Assembly: GCA_030141605.1 (NCBI GenBank)
Contig: JAQGDQ010000010.1
Coordinates: 744,001-808,000, forward strand
Reading direction: 5' to 3'
DNA: 64,000 nucleotides
Source: Tubiluchus corallicola
Lineage: Eukaryota; Animalia; Priapulida
Shown here one piece after another: positions 1 to 13,872 of the stretch (positions are counted from its first letter, which is position 1; the number at the start of each line of letters is the position of its first letter). Made by a program: the position numbers and the translations under genes. The notes under the pieces were generated by a model. That model was not told where the DNA came from. It made no database searches and saw nothing but the letters and a program-made list of their open reading frames with translations.

Positions 1-392
1 ACCTCATCGAACTAGCTGTTCCTCACTGACAGTTTATTTTTCAAACCAGGACTACTGGAGAAAATCTTTACCTGTTTTCAAAAATAGAATCCCCGTGTAG
101 AGGGAATCGATCCATTCAAACCAATGCAAATGCTGGGGGTATGGTGGTGTAGTGCTTCATGTCTATTTCTGATAAAACCTAGCTTCACAAGCACTACTAT
201 TGCATCACCATCACCAACAAGTTGTTTTTTTAGTTACTCGTAAAATTATGCTCTGGGCACAGACTTTCTTACTGTGCAGCACTCAGGCTGAATTTTCTAA
301 AGGTTATTGTTCTTGTTCTTGATGGTGTTTTGTTGATGTAGTGATTTTTATTGTACATATGCAGTGATTTTTACTATATATATACATTTTGC

Positions 393-3300
393 CTATACTT
401 CTTGAACATGATGAGGAAGTGGAAGGTTCGCAGTTAAAGGAAACAGCACATTGAAATGGGTGTTACCTGGAATAAAGCTCATTTTATTTTTTACTTATCT
501 TGCTGCTGCTGTTATTGTTGTTTTTGTTGTTGGTTGTTGTTGCTGCTGCTTTTATTGCTGCCATTGTCATTGTTCTTGATGTTGGCATGGTTGTTGTAGT
601 TGGCTTTATTGTTCGTTGCTGCTGCTATTTTTATAAAGCAGAGTAAACAAAATACAACAAAGTAAAAATCCATTATTTTAATAAAAATTGTAAAATTGTC
701 TGGGAAAAGAATACATTACCTTTTTGAAAAGTATTCGTTTTAAAACGCTTGCTACGTCTTAGCTTTAATGGAGAGACATAGTTAGCAAATGTAGCATTTT
801 CTTCCACAAAAGCAGGTTTTTCAGCATTCACTTCGATACTGTCAGTATCTGCAAAAGGGCATGTGTCATCATGATTGACATGAAATTGATTTCTGGAACA
901 TCCAGATGAGTGATTTCGTTTTCGAGATGAAATTGAGGAACTATGTTTCTCTTGGTCATCAAATTGTCTGTCGGCGGATTTTTCTCCAACGTCTGTAACT
1001 TCTGTAACTACCACTACTTCACTGGATTTTTCAAATGTAGGAGAACAAGATTCATCTTCCTTATCATATACTGGAATGACTTTGTTATCTACACAGTCAG
1101 CAACTATTTCATGGACAACATCGCTAATTTTTGAAGCATCATCTTGTTCATGCACAATAGCAATATCTTCACATGGATTTGAGACATTCGTAGGACTCTC
1201 CACACAATCTTTCAGCAAAGACTGACTGTCCGTATCAGATATTCTGTTCACCTCTTTTTCTTGTGTCCTTTTTTCCACCTGGTTACTTTCAGTCTTCTTT
1301 GACTGCACATTTTCCACTTCCCCATCGGGTTCAAAAAGTATAGACAAAATGTCAAATGTAGGAGACAAAGACTTTAGTCCACAATTATCTTTATTTTGAT
1401 CAATGCTATCAAATTTTGGACTACTAGCAACATTGTTTTCACTTTTTCTATTGTTAGCACTTTTATCCTTCCACGCTGGACTACATGAGAAGATATCCTC
1501 AATGCTGGACCCACTGAGTGTCTTGCCTCTGATTTTTGAAACAGACTCGGTTTGCTCGACCTCCACATCGGTATCTGAGCCAGAGTCTTCGCAAGTAATT
1601 TTGCAGGGTAGTTTTCGCATATTGTATTCTTTCATAACCACAGGAATGTTTTTAATATCACGACCATATTCTCCGAAGCTGTTTAGTTCATTAAGTATTG
1701 ATTCTTCCAGCTCGTCTGTGGAAGACGAATCCGAATCAGATAAACTGAAGAATTTGTCATCTTTTTTGCTATGAAGGCGTTTTCGACTTTGGATACCATT
1801 TTTATCCCGAATTTTTGCTTCTTGTGCAGCCTTATTAGTCCTAGCGTCACTTTCACTATTTAAGAGGAGAACGTTATTGTCACTACTGCAGTGGTCTGCT
1901 GTATATGAGCTAGATGAGCATCCAGCTGTTGCAGATATACGAGGTATTCCAGATGTCGATGGTTTTGCAGTTCGCAATTTCATCTCCGAGATGAGTGCAG
2001 AAAAATGACTGCCATGTCTTTTGACTAGCAGAAAAATAAAAATTTACAAGATTAATTTCCAACATAGAGTCTCGATTAAAATAATTTAGCAAATCCACCA
2101 GTTTTTAATCCATTTGGTATTTCTGTTTGTTTTTTTTGTTAAGCTAGTGACTTTCTAAACACTATCCAATTTACAAAAATCAGTTATTGTGAATGTGAGA
2201 AAATATGTGCAAAGAGCTCCAGCCACTGTTACACATGTACTATTAGAAAAATATTTGACATGCCGTCATTTCAGACAGAACTCCTATTTTAGACAAATAA
2301 TTAACTACATGACCACGATGACAAAAAACTTACGATAGCTCTGATTCGTCTTTTCGATTTCAGCTTCGGTTACACCAGCCCGACCAATTGTATTCTAGAA
2401 ACAATCACATATTTTTAAAATCTCTACAATGCAGAAAATCAAAAGTAAGAAAAATGTAATGCTGGCCAGGTGACAAATACACACGTGCACTAATATTCAG
2501 CAAAACAAAAAGATCTAATTATTATTCGAGTTCTCTTTTCAAAATGTCTTGAAGTTCACAAACACAGTAAAAAATTACAGGCTACTGATTTATTTACTTT
2601 TACGCCAGAAAGATCCTTTTATTTATGTACGTTTTTTGACAGCTGTATCACCTAGATACTGTTGGAAGATTCTATATTCAGCTACAAAAGAGGGGAGCTT
2701 ATCAAGCCAGTATGATAAACCTGGTCACCTCTTTCATTCTAGCAGATTCCCCTAGAAGTGTCTCAATTTTGAATTGTTATGCTTGAACTTCGGAGCTAAG
2801 GCCACATCGCTTAAATATAAAAAGCAAACCGTCAGCCAACAGAGTGCACGATTTAGCCGAGGTGAAAAGCTGACACAAGAAGCTCACATTTATTTTTTCA
2901 TTTGCCGACAAGGTATTTGCCTTCCTAGCTTGTTCCGCTTTCAACACTTCATTGACTAGAGCGCTTGAAGTTCTTGGTTCCAGTAGATCACACTCCGCAT
3001 TATACAGAAGAACAAACTCTTGGTGCCGTTTTATCAACGTCTGAAATGATGTAAAGTTGTCTTAGTCAGTACCAACATGAACGGAGCTGACTTGACTTAT
3101 GGCTTGAAAGGCTTAAACATAGCTTCAGGTTTTTTTATATGGAAGTATAATAATGAAATACGTTAACTTAGTGGTGGGACATCAGTTTCATTTTCATAAT
3201 CGATTATAATCAGTTTTCAGACCTTGTTCGTTTGCTTCTGTATGCCTCTACATAGTTTGTAGACAGCCTTGGCTGTGTCCAATTTTTGTATTTGGGCCCA

Positions 3301-6300
3301 TGTAGAAAACAAAATAGGTCCACATTTCACTTTGCACACAATTTTTTGATGGGAGATCATGTCTAGCTTTTGTTGTGTCCATTGCTGTGAAGCTGCACGA
3401 ACAGACAAAAATTATCTGCTAATTTGCAGAAAAACACATACTCGTGCTTATGAGCACCATCGTCAATACGACAAGTTATTGCACAAAGGTAGTGCCATAC
3501 TGCTTCATTTCACTGCAATTACATCTACATCTATTATGGGATTTTTGTGTTTTCTTCCGACAAATAAATGCAAATGGTATAGGTAATGGAACTGATTGGA
3601 AATGAAAGTCCTAATCAATTATAATCAACTAAATTAGCTCTTCCACTTTTTCAAAAACAAAACTTTTTGAGAAAAGTGAAAATTACTGAGAAAAGTGCAA
3701 TCATGTAACTTACTATCATATGTATGTCTTTTGCTTATCAAAAATCTTGAGCAGCCTAGACACGAAGTAAAAGAAGAGGTAAACAAAGAAGCAAGTTTTT
3801 GTCATTGAGCCAACTATATGGTGTTTACTTTGTTTTACATTTGTCAGAAATAGAGAATTTAAGCAACAACATTGAAAGGAGTATAAAGCCTCACAAATCA
3901 AACTGGCAAGGCACACGAACTTACCCGTCTGTCACCTTGTGAAGGGATCCCATGATCTTTCAGTTTTTGTCGCAGTTGCTTATCATTCATTAGGCCATAG
4001 ACAAGTTTAGGTAACGGCTTGCGACGCCTAACACTGTAAACAGCAGCAATACAGAAAGAAACATCATATGCTGGACAAAACAATGTACAACAAATCTACA
4101 TGACATAACAACGAGATGATGTGGTCAAATAAAACACTTGTAACCTGCTTTCCCACTGAACACTAATGATGTGTTTATGACTAGCTAAGCCTATAATGAG
4201 AAAAAGAATAAATGGAAAAAATGCACCAAAAAAGAAAAAAATCAAGAAAAAATTGCAATAAAAGCTCTTTGGGAACTACGAAGATACCTGCTTCATAATT
4301 TATTTATGTTAGACTTAAAAGCTAGTGATTATACACATTGTCACAAATGGATTTTAAGTGGGAAGGCAGCTGACAATTTTGTATAAATGTGTAAAGTGTT
4401 GTATGTAAAAAGTGTTTACTGTGCATGCGTGCTCTGTGATCACCAACATTGGGAAATAGTCTAGCGGCATTAGCGGCACTGCTGTAGTTAGCTACATTTT
4501 TTTGTAACATTAGCATAGCGCATTATTTTATACTTAAAGTATGCTGACTTTTTGTCACAAAAACTGCATGGTGTACTGTAATATGTACATGAATCGAAGC
4601 GCTTATCATGTGCGCGTCATCTGTGAACAGCGAACAACTACTCCAGGCCAAATACTGCCATGACTGTTTCAGATGTGATTCAGGTAGCAGTATTTCCTGC
4701 CGGGTTAATCATAGCCAGCTCAGTTTCGACAAAAAAAAAATTCGGAACACAACTTTTTTGCATTATAATTTAACAAATAACCTTTAACGCGAAAAAAAGA
4801 TGTACAATTTCTTTAATACATTTAGAAAAGTTTTAGTTTGTAAAATATGTATATTCATGGTTAACGTACAACTGTCTAGAAAAACTTAACTGTGCCATAA
4901 AATAGTGCCGCAAGACTTCACAATATTTTAGCTTTTTGCATATAGTTAATGTCATAATAATTGGTTGTCAGCAGACTGGTTGCACTGGCACACACAAGAA
5001 TCATTAAGAAAAACAGAAACAAACATTAGCTATTTACCTTGGAGAACTAACAGGTGGTGCTGATTTCTGCTGAAGACACCTGTCAAGATGAATGTTGATA
5101 AAACGTTCTCTCACAGGAACTCCACATACGGGGCACGAAACTGGAATCAAAAATAACTCCTCAAATGTGAATTTATTAATCTTCATATTAGTATTATAAG
5201 TAATCGGTTCCAATATCTTTTATGTCTATTTTCGTGATAAATTAATTCTGCTTCAACGTAGTGACTTAACTTTTTTAAATTTTTAACATAAAAAAATTTT
5301 TAACGTAAACCTATCAGACTAATTCTGAAGGCAATGCATTGCTTAGCGTTGCTACCAATTACACATTATGCTTTAGTTTTTTTTTTTTTTGTTAGTAATT
5401 GCTGCAAATTTCCCAGATAAACTGGAGCTGAAGTAGAGAACTTTTCAAGTTTTTTCAAAGTCAGAACTGGTGAAGTGTGGTCAAAATCTCACAACTACGT
5501 AATCTTGCTTTCACACAAATGGATAATACATATTAGCTTAAGTGCACACAAGGGATTATTTTAGTAAAAACTACTTTAATGCAATTTTTGTTTAGTTTAT
5601 AACTTTATGAACTAAAATTTACTAACTAAAAAACCCACATACGTACATGCATGTACAGCAACACCTTCAAAAGAAAAGTTAATGAAAAGCACAATACCAG
5701 TAATACAGCACACAGTGAGCTAGTCAGTCAATAGGCTATAAGTGTATAAGAATGTCCTGTTGCAATTCAATAGATGAAATTTAAAATCTCACAAATGATG
5801 CATAAATCATGAATGTAGGAAAGATTTGGTACGAGCAATTTTGGTACCAGGAAAATTTAACGCTAGGAATTTTTGGTACATGGTAATTTTGGTACAGGTA
5901 TATTTAGTACTATCATCTTAAGGTACAATGAATTTTTGGTACTAGGAAAATGTGATACAGGGAATGTTTGGTATGAGGAAAATATGGTCCCAGGATTGTT
6001 TAGTCCCAAGAAGTATTGGTACAAGGAAGTTTTGGTACTAGGAAAATACGGTACAAGGAAAATTTGGTACTAGGAAAGCTTGGTACTGGAAAATTTGGTG
6101 CTAAATGAAAAAGAGAGCATTTCTATAAAATAATTGTTTCAACTAGAAAATGAAGAAGTTTATTTAGCAGGGAGGATATATGGTACTAAGAAAATCTGGT
6201 TTATTATAAAGTTCATAAAACAGTATACTGTAATTAATAGTGCGTGGTAGCTAAAGTTTTATTCGTGATTATCCATGTAGGTACATTTAAGAATTCTTTC

Positions 6301-9300
6301 AGCAAAAAAAAATGAAAGGTCTCCAACTTACCATGCGAATTTTCCAAAAACTTTGGTCAATTTGTTTTTTTCGAGAAAAATTATCACTTTTTGTTTTTGT
6401 ACGAAAATTATCAAACTGAGATAAGAACATGGCAGTGATGGTTAATGATATCACTGGACAGAAATGTCCTGAACAAACATAGTTTGGTTTCCCGTGAGGC
6501 CCACAGTATGGAGTGAGAACTGTAGTTCTTGATGATGATTATGATAATGTTGATGATGATGACGATGATGAGGACAACAAAAGCAGCAAGCACGAACTAA
6601 CATACAACAAGAATAACAACATCAGTAACAACAACAATAGCAGCAACAGCAGCAGCAACAACAATGACAATATTGACAATAACAACGGTAATAAAACGAC
6701 AAAAGTAACAATGGTGATATGACGACAGCAATAATGGTGATGATGATGGTGGTGGTAGTAATCACAACAAAAGAGCAAGCAAGAAACAGACGAACAACAA
6801 CAACAATGACAAATAACAAACAACGAGCAAACAAACAAACAAAGAGGAGGCGAACAAAAAACAAATATAAAATGCAACAATATGAGCCTCTATAACTTGC
6901 TTGAGTAGGTTATATAAAATGTATTTTCATAGTACCAAACTTTCTTGTAACAAACTTTCTCTGTACCAAATTTTCCTAGTACCAAACTTTCAGTGTACTA
7001 AACTTTCCTAATACCAAACTTGTTGCGTACCACTTTTACCTTGTACCAAAAATGCCTGACAAAACTTCATTAGCACCATATTTACCAGTACCATATTTTT
7101 TCTGCACCAAATTTTCCCAGTACCAAGCTAAACCTAGTAGTACCAAACTTACCGTTCACCATCCTTCATACGTAAGTTAAACGTGCACAACTAGCCTTCA
7201 GACTAGGAATAATTATGAAAAAAACTATGACGATAAATAGCGGCTCAAATATCAATTAAATCATACCTTTATCTTTGTCTAAGGTGAAGTCGGAAACGTC
7301 AGACGTGAAGGCACTTAGCTGACTTGAACCCGTATTTCTGTCGCAGACTTTTTCATTAATTGAAGATGTCATGGATTTTGGTGCGCCAGAATTGTTGGCC
7401 CACTTTTCATTTGAAACAACTTTCTCAGCAATCTGAAGGAATGTGCATCATTGACTATATGACTTAAATGTTTCAAGAATTAGATGAAACACAAAGAATG
7501 ACCAAAATGTGGCATGAACAAGAATAACGTTTATCCGAGTAGGAATGTTAAAAGATACAAATTTGGTAATACAATACAATACGATAAATTATACCTAACG
7601 ATAAATGGACAATGAAGTTAGACAATTTATGCAACAACAGAAAAAGTATCATTAATAATTAAAATTATTAAGTGATTCAGTGAATCCAGTGCTGTATACT
7701 TAAATGGCTGCTAGTTTGTTTGTCATAATGATTCATAAATAAGTAAGCTGTGACAGGTAAATATAAGTACTTGACATCAGCACATCAGTATCAAAGTGTA
7801 CAAAGGGGTCTCTATACTTTGTCAGTATGACCAAGAATGAAGATAGCCACTACTGCCAGGCAAAAGTATAAGAAAATGATTCGGTATCTGATAAGCATAT
7901 AATATTAAATAATTCTCTTTATCCAGTTCTCTGTATAATTACTGTACATAAATAAAAAAGTGAAGTGACTTTAGAAAGGTAGGCGATAATGAACGATACG
8001 TGCCAAATTCGATACAATAACGATATTCCTAAAATATTGTCAATACAATAACGATGAAAACAAATTTTCTTATTTATACGATAATCGATAATTATCGATA
8101 TATATCGTTATCATTAACATCCCTAATTCCGAGAACATCACATGCATTAAAGTGTAAGCCTAATAAAACAAGCATTGGTGTATGGCAACAAAATCTGTTG
8201 ATAAACTAATTATGTGATCAATACAGAAATTTATCACAGTTTAAAAAACCTTCTCAGTAACTTTATGAAGCATGCAACCCCTATAAAATTTGCTAACTTA
8301 CTGGAGATAGTGAATTGGACGCTAATAGGGATTTCTCATCATGCTTCTTTGGCGTTACAGTTCCACTGCAAGCATTCATTGACTTCCCATTTATCCAAGC
8401 AAAGAAGGGTGACTCTCTTTTCCAATTTTGTTTTGCTGATTGTTTCACAGCAGTATTAACAGGCAAATCACTCTGTTCTTCGACAATAGTAAGATCATTT
8501 GTCGAGTCTTCATTAGTCTCAAAAATCAAAGCGTCCGAGGCATTTCTTGTCTCAGCACAAGTTCCACTATCAAGTAATTTCCCTGTTACTGGATGCAAAG
8601 CTTCTTTTTCTCTTTTTTTGCTACCTACTTGTTGCACCACGCTAACATCTTTACTCTCGCTGTTGCCAGTACCTGCATCCTTACTGGACGATTGGCTTTT
8701 ATTTTTAAGACACTTGGCACTGGGTGTTACATTTGTATTGTTTAACACGAGCAGCAGTTTCTGTCTAACGCTAACAAACTGTGCTATTATGTCATCAAGA
8801 ACACGATTGTTTACTAACTCTGGTTCGGAGACGGCCTGCAAAGTAATTAAAAAATAAACAAATTAATTTAGCATGAAAGCATAGCTGTAAGATTTCATAC
8901 ACTTGTTAATGTTTAGGCATACTGACGGTTATAGACTAATAGGTGAGTCGTTAAATGAATGCGTGTTCTTGGTTATTTTTCTTAGCAACACAAGATGTCA
9001 GTTTAGGTCTCATTTTAGTGAATTATCTTTAATGACAAGATCAATAATTATTTTTCTGTCACAACTTCGTAAGTCATAAATATGAATGGCAGACTCCAGC
9101 TTGTAACATGCCAGATTGTAAAAAAGATGTTTCACCATAAGTACATAAGTTGAGCTTTTTGAAAATTACAAAAATTTTGACGTAAGTCCAAGCGACGAGC
9201 ATTGTCATTACTTTTCAGTTTATGTATTTTTGAAGTACATGCGCATACGTCAATGAACAAGTATTTTAAAAAGATATGTTCTTATCTATGGCTAACATTT

Positions 9301-12300
9301 TAATGTTTGGGATTACTAAGATTTCCATCATTGTTTTAGCAGTTTAATCTCACAGTTTAATCCCTGGACATATAATTCATTGGATGATGATGAGTAGAAG
9401 TCAGATGGCACTGTCTCATTTTGATCGGTTCAAATTAATACCTAATTAGATCCTCATTTTAATTAACATTTCTTTGAGTATTTACTAATTAAATCAACTG
9501 TTGTAACTCTTTATCATGCAGACAAGAAACATTACAAGTGATATCACTATCACAAGGCAAAATTAGGAAAGAAATTTAAAAACAAAATCGAGTATCATAC
9601 TTACGACAGAGCAGATTGGACACTGGGTCTTAAAACGAATATAACGTCTAATACACAAGGAACAATCTAAAACAATAAAAACGGAGCAAATAAACAGTTC
9701 TGGCAGGTTCAGTAATCAGTAGAGTAATGCTAAAAATTATAGCAAAAAGCACTACTAATAAAAAATGGACAAGTCTTTTCCATTTTATACATGGTATAGT
9801 CATGTAAACACAATATGCTATACTTAAAATTGATGAGTGGGTTACAATATTTCTATCACACGAAGGTCAAGCACTGATTTGGAATTCTAAAAAACGGAAG
9901 TGACGAGTGACTTGGTCGAAAGTTCAAATTCAATTCCTGACTAGCATGGCTATCATTTTTAGCAATACTATGAGATGGCAACAGTAACAAGTCTCGAAGG
10001 AGAAGAATGTAAAACATGTGCAACAATAGCAATATTACAATGAACTTCAAAAATGTCAGCTAGTTATCAAATAGCTCTACAATCTACATGGATATTTCAA
10101 GATTCAACCCCATACATTTCAAACTAAGAGCATGTAGCTGTGTATGTGAGCTATATCGAACATGTTTTTGACCTAGTATCTTTTTTATGCACAACAGATA
10201 AAATTATGCAAATGGACATTATTATATATTTGGAAAGTAATTTTCTACTGCTTAAAAAAATAAATTTGCTTTATTTACTCAACAGAATAACCAGTTCAGT
10301 TTGCGTAAAAATAATTTAAGCATTTTAAGGTTTCTTTGTGGCTCACTCAATAGCAAGATGCTTCTTGCTAATCAAGTGTTAAATCAACATTATCTCCAAA
10401 ACTCTATAAACTATATCTAACATTTATATAAATCAACTTTATCACTGCAGTTACAGTTATAAATTCTTCTTTTATAATATTAGTCATTCGGAAAATAGCT
10501 TAGTTCTTAATTTAACCAAATTTCCCAAGTTTTTGTTTAACACATTTATTACTGTCTTGAAATTGATTCTAATTAGCATCTATCAGTAAGATAACACCAC
10601 ACCTACATTTAATAAATAATGACTTACAATTATGAGAACATTTTGGCAGCATCAGAGCAGCTGTCATAAATTCAAAGCAGATAGGACAGCGAAGGCTGGT
10701 CTCAAGCTCCTAAAGAAACAGAAAATGCAGTGTTACATGTACACCTGAGCCGTATTTGTGTCCTGGGTCATTTTTGTATCTAGTACATCCCTTCCTATAA
10801 AAAGCAGGATTATTATCGAGGGGAGACTATTACAAAAAGACTGAATACAATTCTAATTTGTAGCTGCGAGATATCGGTCGAGCAAAATAGTGCATATGAA
10901 TTTAAGGAAAAATGGTCACGCAGAGCTTCTTTATATGATTTACAAAAGTTGCTGGTCGTGAAAATGTGAGGCAGGATAACTGTTTTCTATTAAAAAGTGA
11001 ACTGGCATACATAATTTTTGCTGGAGAGACTCTCCAGTTGAAAAAATTCAAAGAATTAGCTAAGCCTAACCCAAAATAATTTAATGCAATCGCGAACAAA
11101 GTGTGCCGATTACAGAAAGTTTAATGGTTTGCGTTAATTGGCAAAGCTTTCAATTGATAAATTATTTCCACGGTGATATCTGTCATTTTCACAATATCTT
11201 TTAAACTATATCATTAAAAGCATCGGTATATTAATTCAGTGCTTATCACTGAATTAGCGCCGTTGTTACGTTGTCATGAGTACCAAAGTTAAGTCAATAG
11301 CCTACAAGAAGTGTTCTTACATGGGTGAGTCATGCGAGTGATTTACGTAACAGACTTGCATTTATGCTTCCACTTTACACCGCAAGTTTGCAAACAAGCC
11401 TAACAGTTTTTTCATTCAGCGGTTGGTAAATTTTTAACAGATTAAATCGGTTGTAATTTTAATCATATTTGCTTTTTAATTTTTCTAGTTGCCCTCCAGT
11501 TTCAATGACTATGTTATCAATAGCTCTAGCTTAGGATGCCTTTGACAGTTCATTCTACAGCATAATCCTAGTTAACGAACAGTGAGTATTCAAATCAGAA
11601 CTTTATTTCTCTAAGTTGAAATTATTTTTTAAGAACCTATCATGAATGCATGCGCTAATACATGACATCACTATGCAAACGTAAATCAGGGGAAGAAAAG
11701 GCAATGTTAAATTATGTCCCCAAAAAACTTACCATGCAAATCTATGTTACTTAGCTTTTCGCTTACCTGCTTACCCGCTGCTGGAAAGACTTAGGTTACT
11801 AGAAATAATAATTTAAAATGTTCGTGCCAATTGGTAAAATGTTGTTGACTCACCCTCCAGGGTGCGCTACTCACTAACTAAAAATGTATTTTCAATCTTA
11901 TTGACAAGATACAGCAATTTTTATTTTTCAAACTTCATGCAATATTCTCTAAACTTGTTTCAAACGACCTACCATTAAAACGGCTGCGCCTAACGGTCAT
12001 CGCAGGAGCTTAAATTTACACGTTTTACACAGCAAAATGCAAACCTGCATGGCAAAAGGCAGTAAGTAAATGGTATAAAATTTCAATATGAATTTTTTTA
12101 AGCCTTATGTATGTGGACGGTTTTCTTGTGCTTTAAGCATGACTGGAGTGATGAGTAACAAGCATTTTGTAGTTTAGGACTCTCTCTGAAATGGCTTAAA
12201 TAGCTCCTCTTGCAAATACATTTTATTACATGTTTTGTCATGGAACGGAGTGTTGGCACTACATGAGGGTTGTGTATCACCTCCCACACAGTGCAGTGAA

Positions 12301-13805
12301 ACTTGTGTGATTATCTGTTATATACCTAAAGGGCAACCTGACTGACAGACTAACCGAGAAGTTGACAAGTGCTATGTGGGGACATCATGTTTGGTGGTTG
12401 CCATATACAGCGCACGACGTGGAAAGGCATACATTCTGCCTATGTTCGCTACTAAGGTACATTCCATTACGGTGCCCTACTACAGCTTGCCTGAGGAAAT
12501 GCCACTACAGGACACTCCAACAGGTGAGACAGTATGCGGCGACATGGTGTAGTTCAACCATCAAACAATCGAATGCTCACAAAGTGGCCACATAGTGTAA
12601 AATGTTATAAGCCTAATAAATTAACTGGCAAGGTTGCCACCACTCCGGATTTGGCCCAGAGTTTCATGAAATTCAGTCACACAGCTGCAGTTCAGTCTGA
12701 TATGTGAAAAATCTTGAAATACCCAGATTTCGACCAACGCATTAAAATTTAAATAGGAAGTACCAAAATATAACTTGCATCCTATTGAAATATTGCATAA
12801 TGTTAAGCTAAAAATAGCGGAACGTTTGTTGTAGTAAGCTGAAGTAAGTTGATCTGCTGAGTAAAGCTCTGTCTTTTTAACCCCTCTACATTTTTCACCA
12901 ATTTTTTCGCTGCAGCAAGAATTGCAAAGCAGATAATCTTCGATAATTTGCTCACTTTGCTTGAGCCAATTTGAACGAGCAAGATTTATAGGTTTTGATA
13001 ACAGAAAAAGCATGGAAGAAAAGATTTAGCTTTAACTCACATAACATAAAGTTCTTAATAATTTGATTATCTCAAAAAATGTGAACAATGTACCGACAAC
13101 TTTTAGACTTTGGGGCCCATATAACGACATCAAGTTTTCAGCCAATTTCGAGGACCTATCTACACTGTGTTATAATAGCACTAACATATGCCCGCCAACC
13201 TACCTACCTCTTACATTGAAATCGATGCACGCTGATGTAACTTTATGTATGTTTCATTCTTCCTCTTCCCAAGGGCAGGATGCATCATCACAGGATAAAC
13301 TGACAAAAATGTCAGCCTGTTGGGATCTGCACAAATGCTGTTGTGTGTGCTAAAGTGTGAAATCAGATAACGACATCATGTCAAAATCACCTACCTACAT
13401 TGCCCTTATATTGGCATTGTCACGTCTCCTGCCACCTACCTACCCTAAACTTGATATGGATGGCCCTTTAAAGGTGAGATAAATATTTTACTGTTTTGTG
13501 GTTTCATTTGTTGATTTTTGTTTCTGAAGGCTTCATTTTTTATTATTATCACATTCATAAAATGCTAAAAGGCAGGAAATGCGTTCGTTACAAGGCTTCG
13601 CCCCGGACACAGCCAAGGAACTTAAAACGCTTTCACAGACCGCCAACCTGATTATTGACTGCTGAAGAAGTGGTCACCTTACCTGGTATTGGTAAGGTAT
13701 GCTGTTTTAAAGGAAATAAAGGACAGTAAAATTTGTGTAAAGTCTTACCCTGAGTTGTTGCCAGCTGACTGGCCAATCCGTCACGTCTATTAAATCTGTC
13801 GACAT
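393..13805 (-). CDS. RAD18: E3 ubiquitin-protein ligase RAD18 (spliced, 11 exons, about 901 aa; last exon uncertain)
   Basis: Exons (minus strand): 13749-13805, 10628-10709, 9605-9666, 8302-8835, 7267-7432, 5038-5140, 3925-4033, 2888-3040, 2334-2394, 720-2024, 393-466. All introns are GT-AG and phase-consistent. The translation begins MSTDLIDVTDWPVSWQQLRELETSLRCPICFEFMTAALMLPKCSHNYCSLCIRRYIRFKTQCPIC (C3HC4 RING), followed by LVNNRVLDDII, a UBZ4 finger CPVCGVPVRERFINIHLDRC, and a SAP region RKPLPKLVYGLMNDKQLRQKLKDHGIPSQGDRRTLIKRHQEFVLLYNAECD. This is the RAD18 domain order. Confidence 0.93.
5826..7160. mobile_element. Foldback-like element in RAD18 intron 5
   Basis: Left arm (about 5826-6105) is a tandem array of 16-17 bp TTTGGTACTAGGAAAA units. 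Right arm (about 6930-7150) is the reverse-complement array (GTACCAAATTTTCCTA). The centre is AAC/GAT low-complexity sequence. Confidence 0.7.
7540..8125. mobile_element. hAT-type MITE in RAD18 intron 4
   Basis: TIRs TAGGAATGTTAA / TTAACATCCCTA, internal CGATA subterminal repeats, imperfect 8-bp TSD tatccgag / attccgag. Confidence 0.7.
13112..13467. mobile_element. MITE remnant in RAD18 intron 1
   Basis: Ends GGGGCCCATAT... and ...ATATGGATGGCCCT, with repeated CCTACCTAC and GACATC subterminal motifs. Confidence 0.5.
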
Positions 13806-13872
13806 CTCCCAAATGTTGAATTTATGGAATAATCTTCAACTACGGACTCTCGGTAGTGGAATATACAGTATG

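Noticed and set aside
8315-8857. 180-aa plus-strand ORF (also 1403-1774)
   Set aside because: Antisense shadows of large RAD18 exons.
13683-13701. 19-nt micro-exon (AG..CAG|GTAAGG) just after RAD18 exon 1
   Set aside because: Would need a 47-nt intron and shifts the frame; no supporting evidence.
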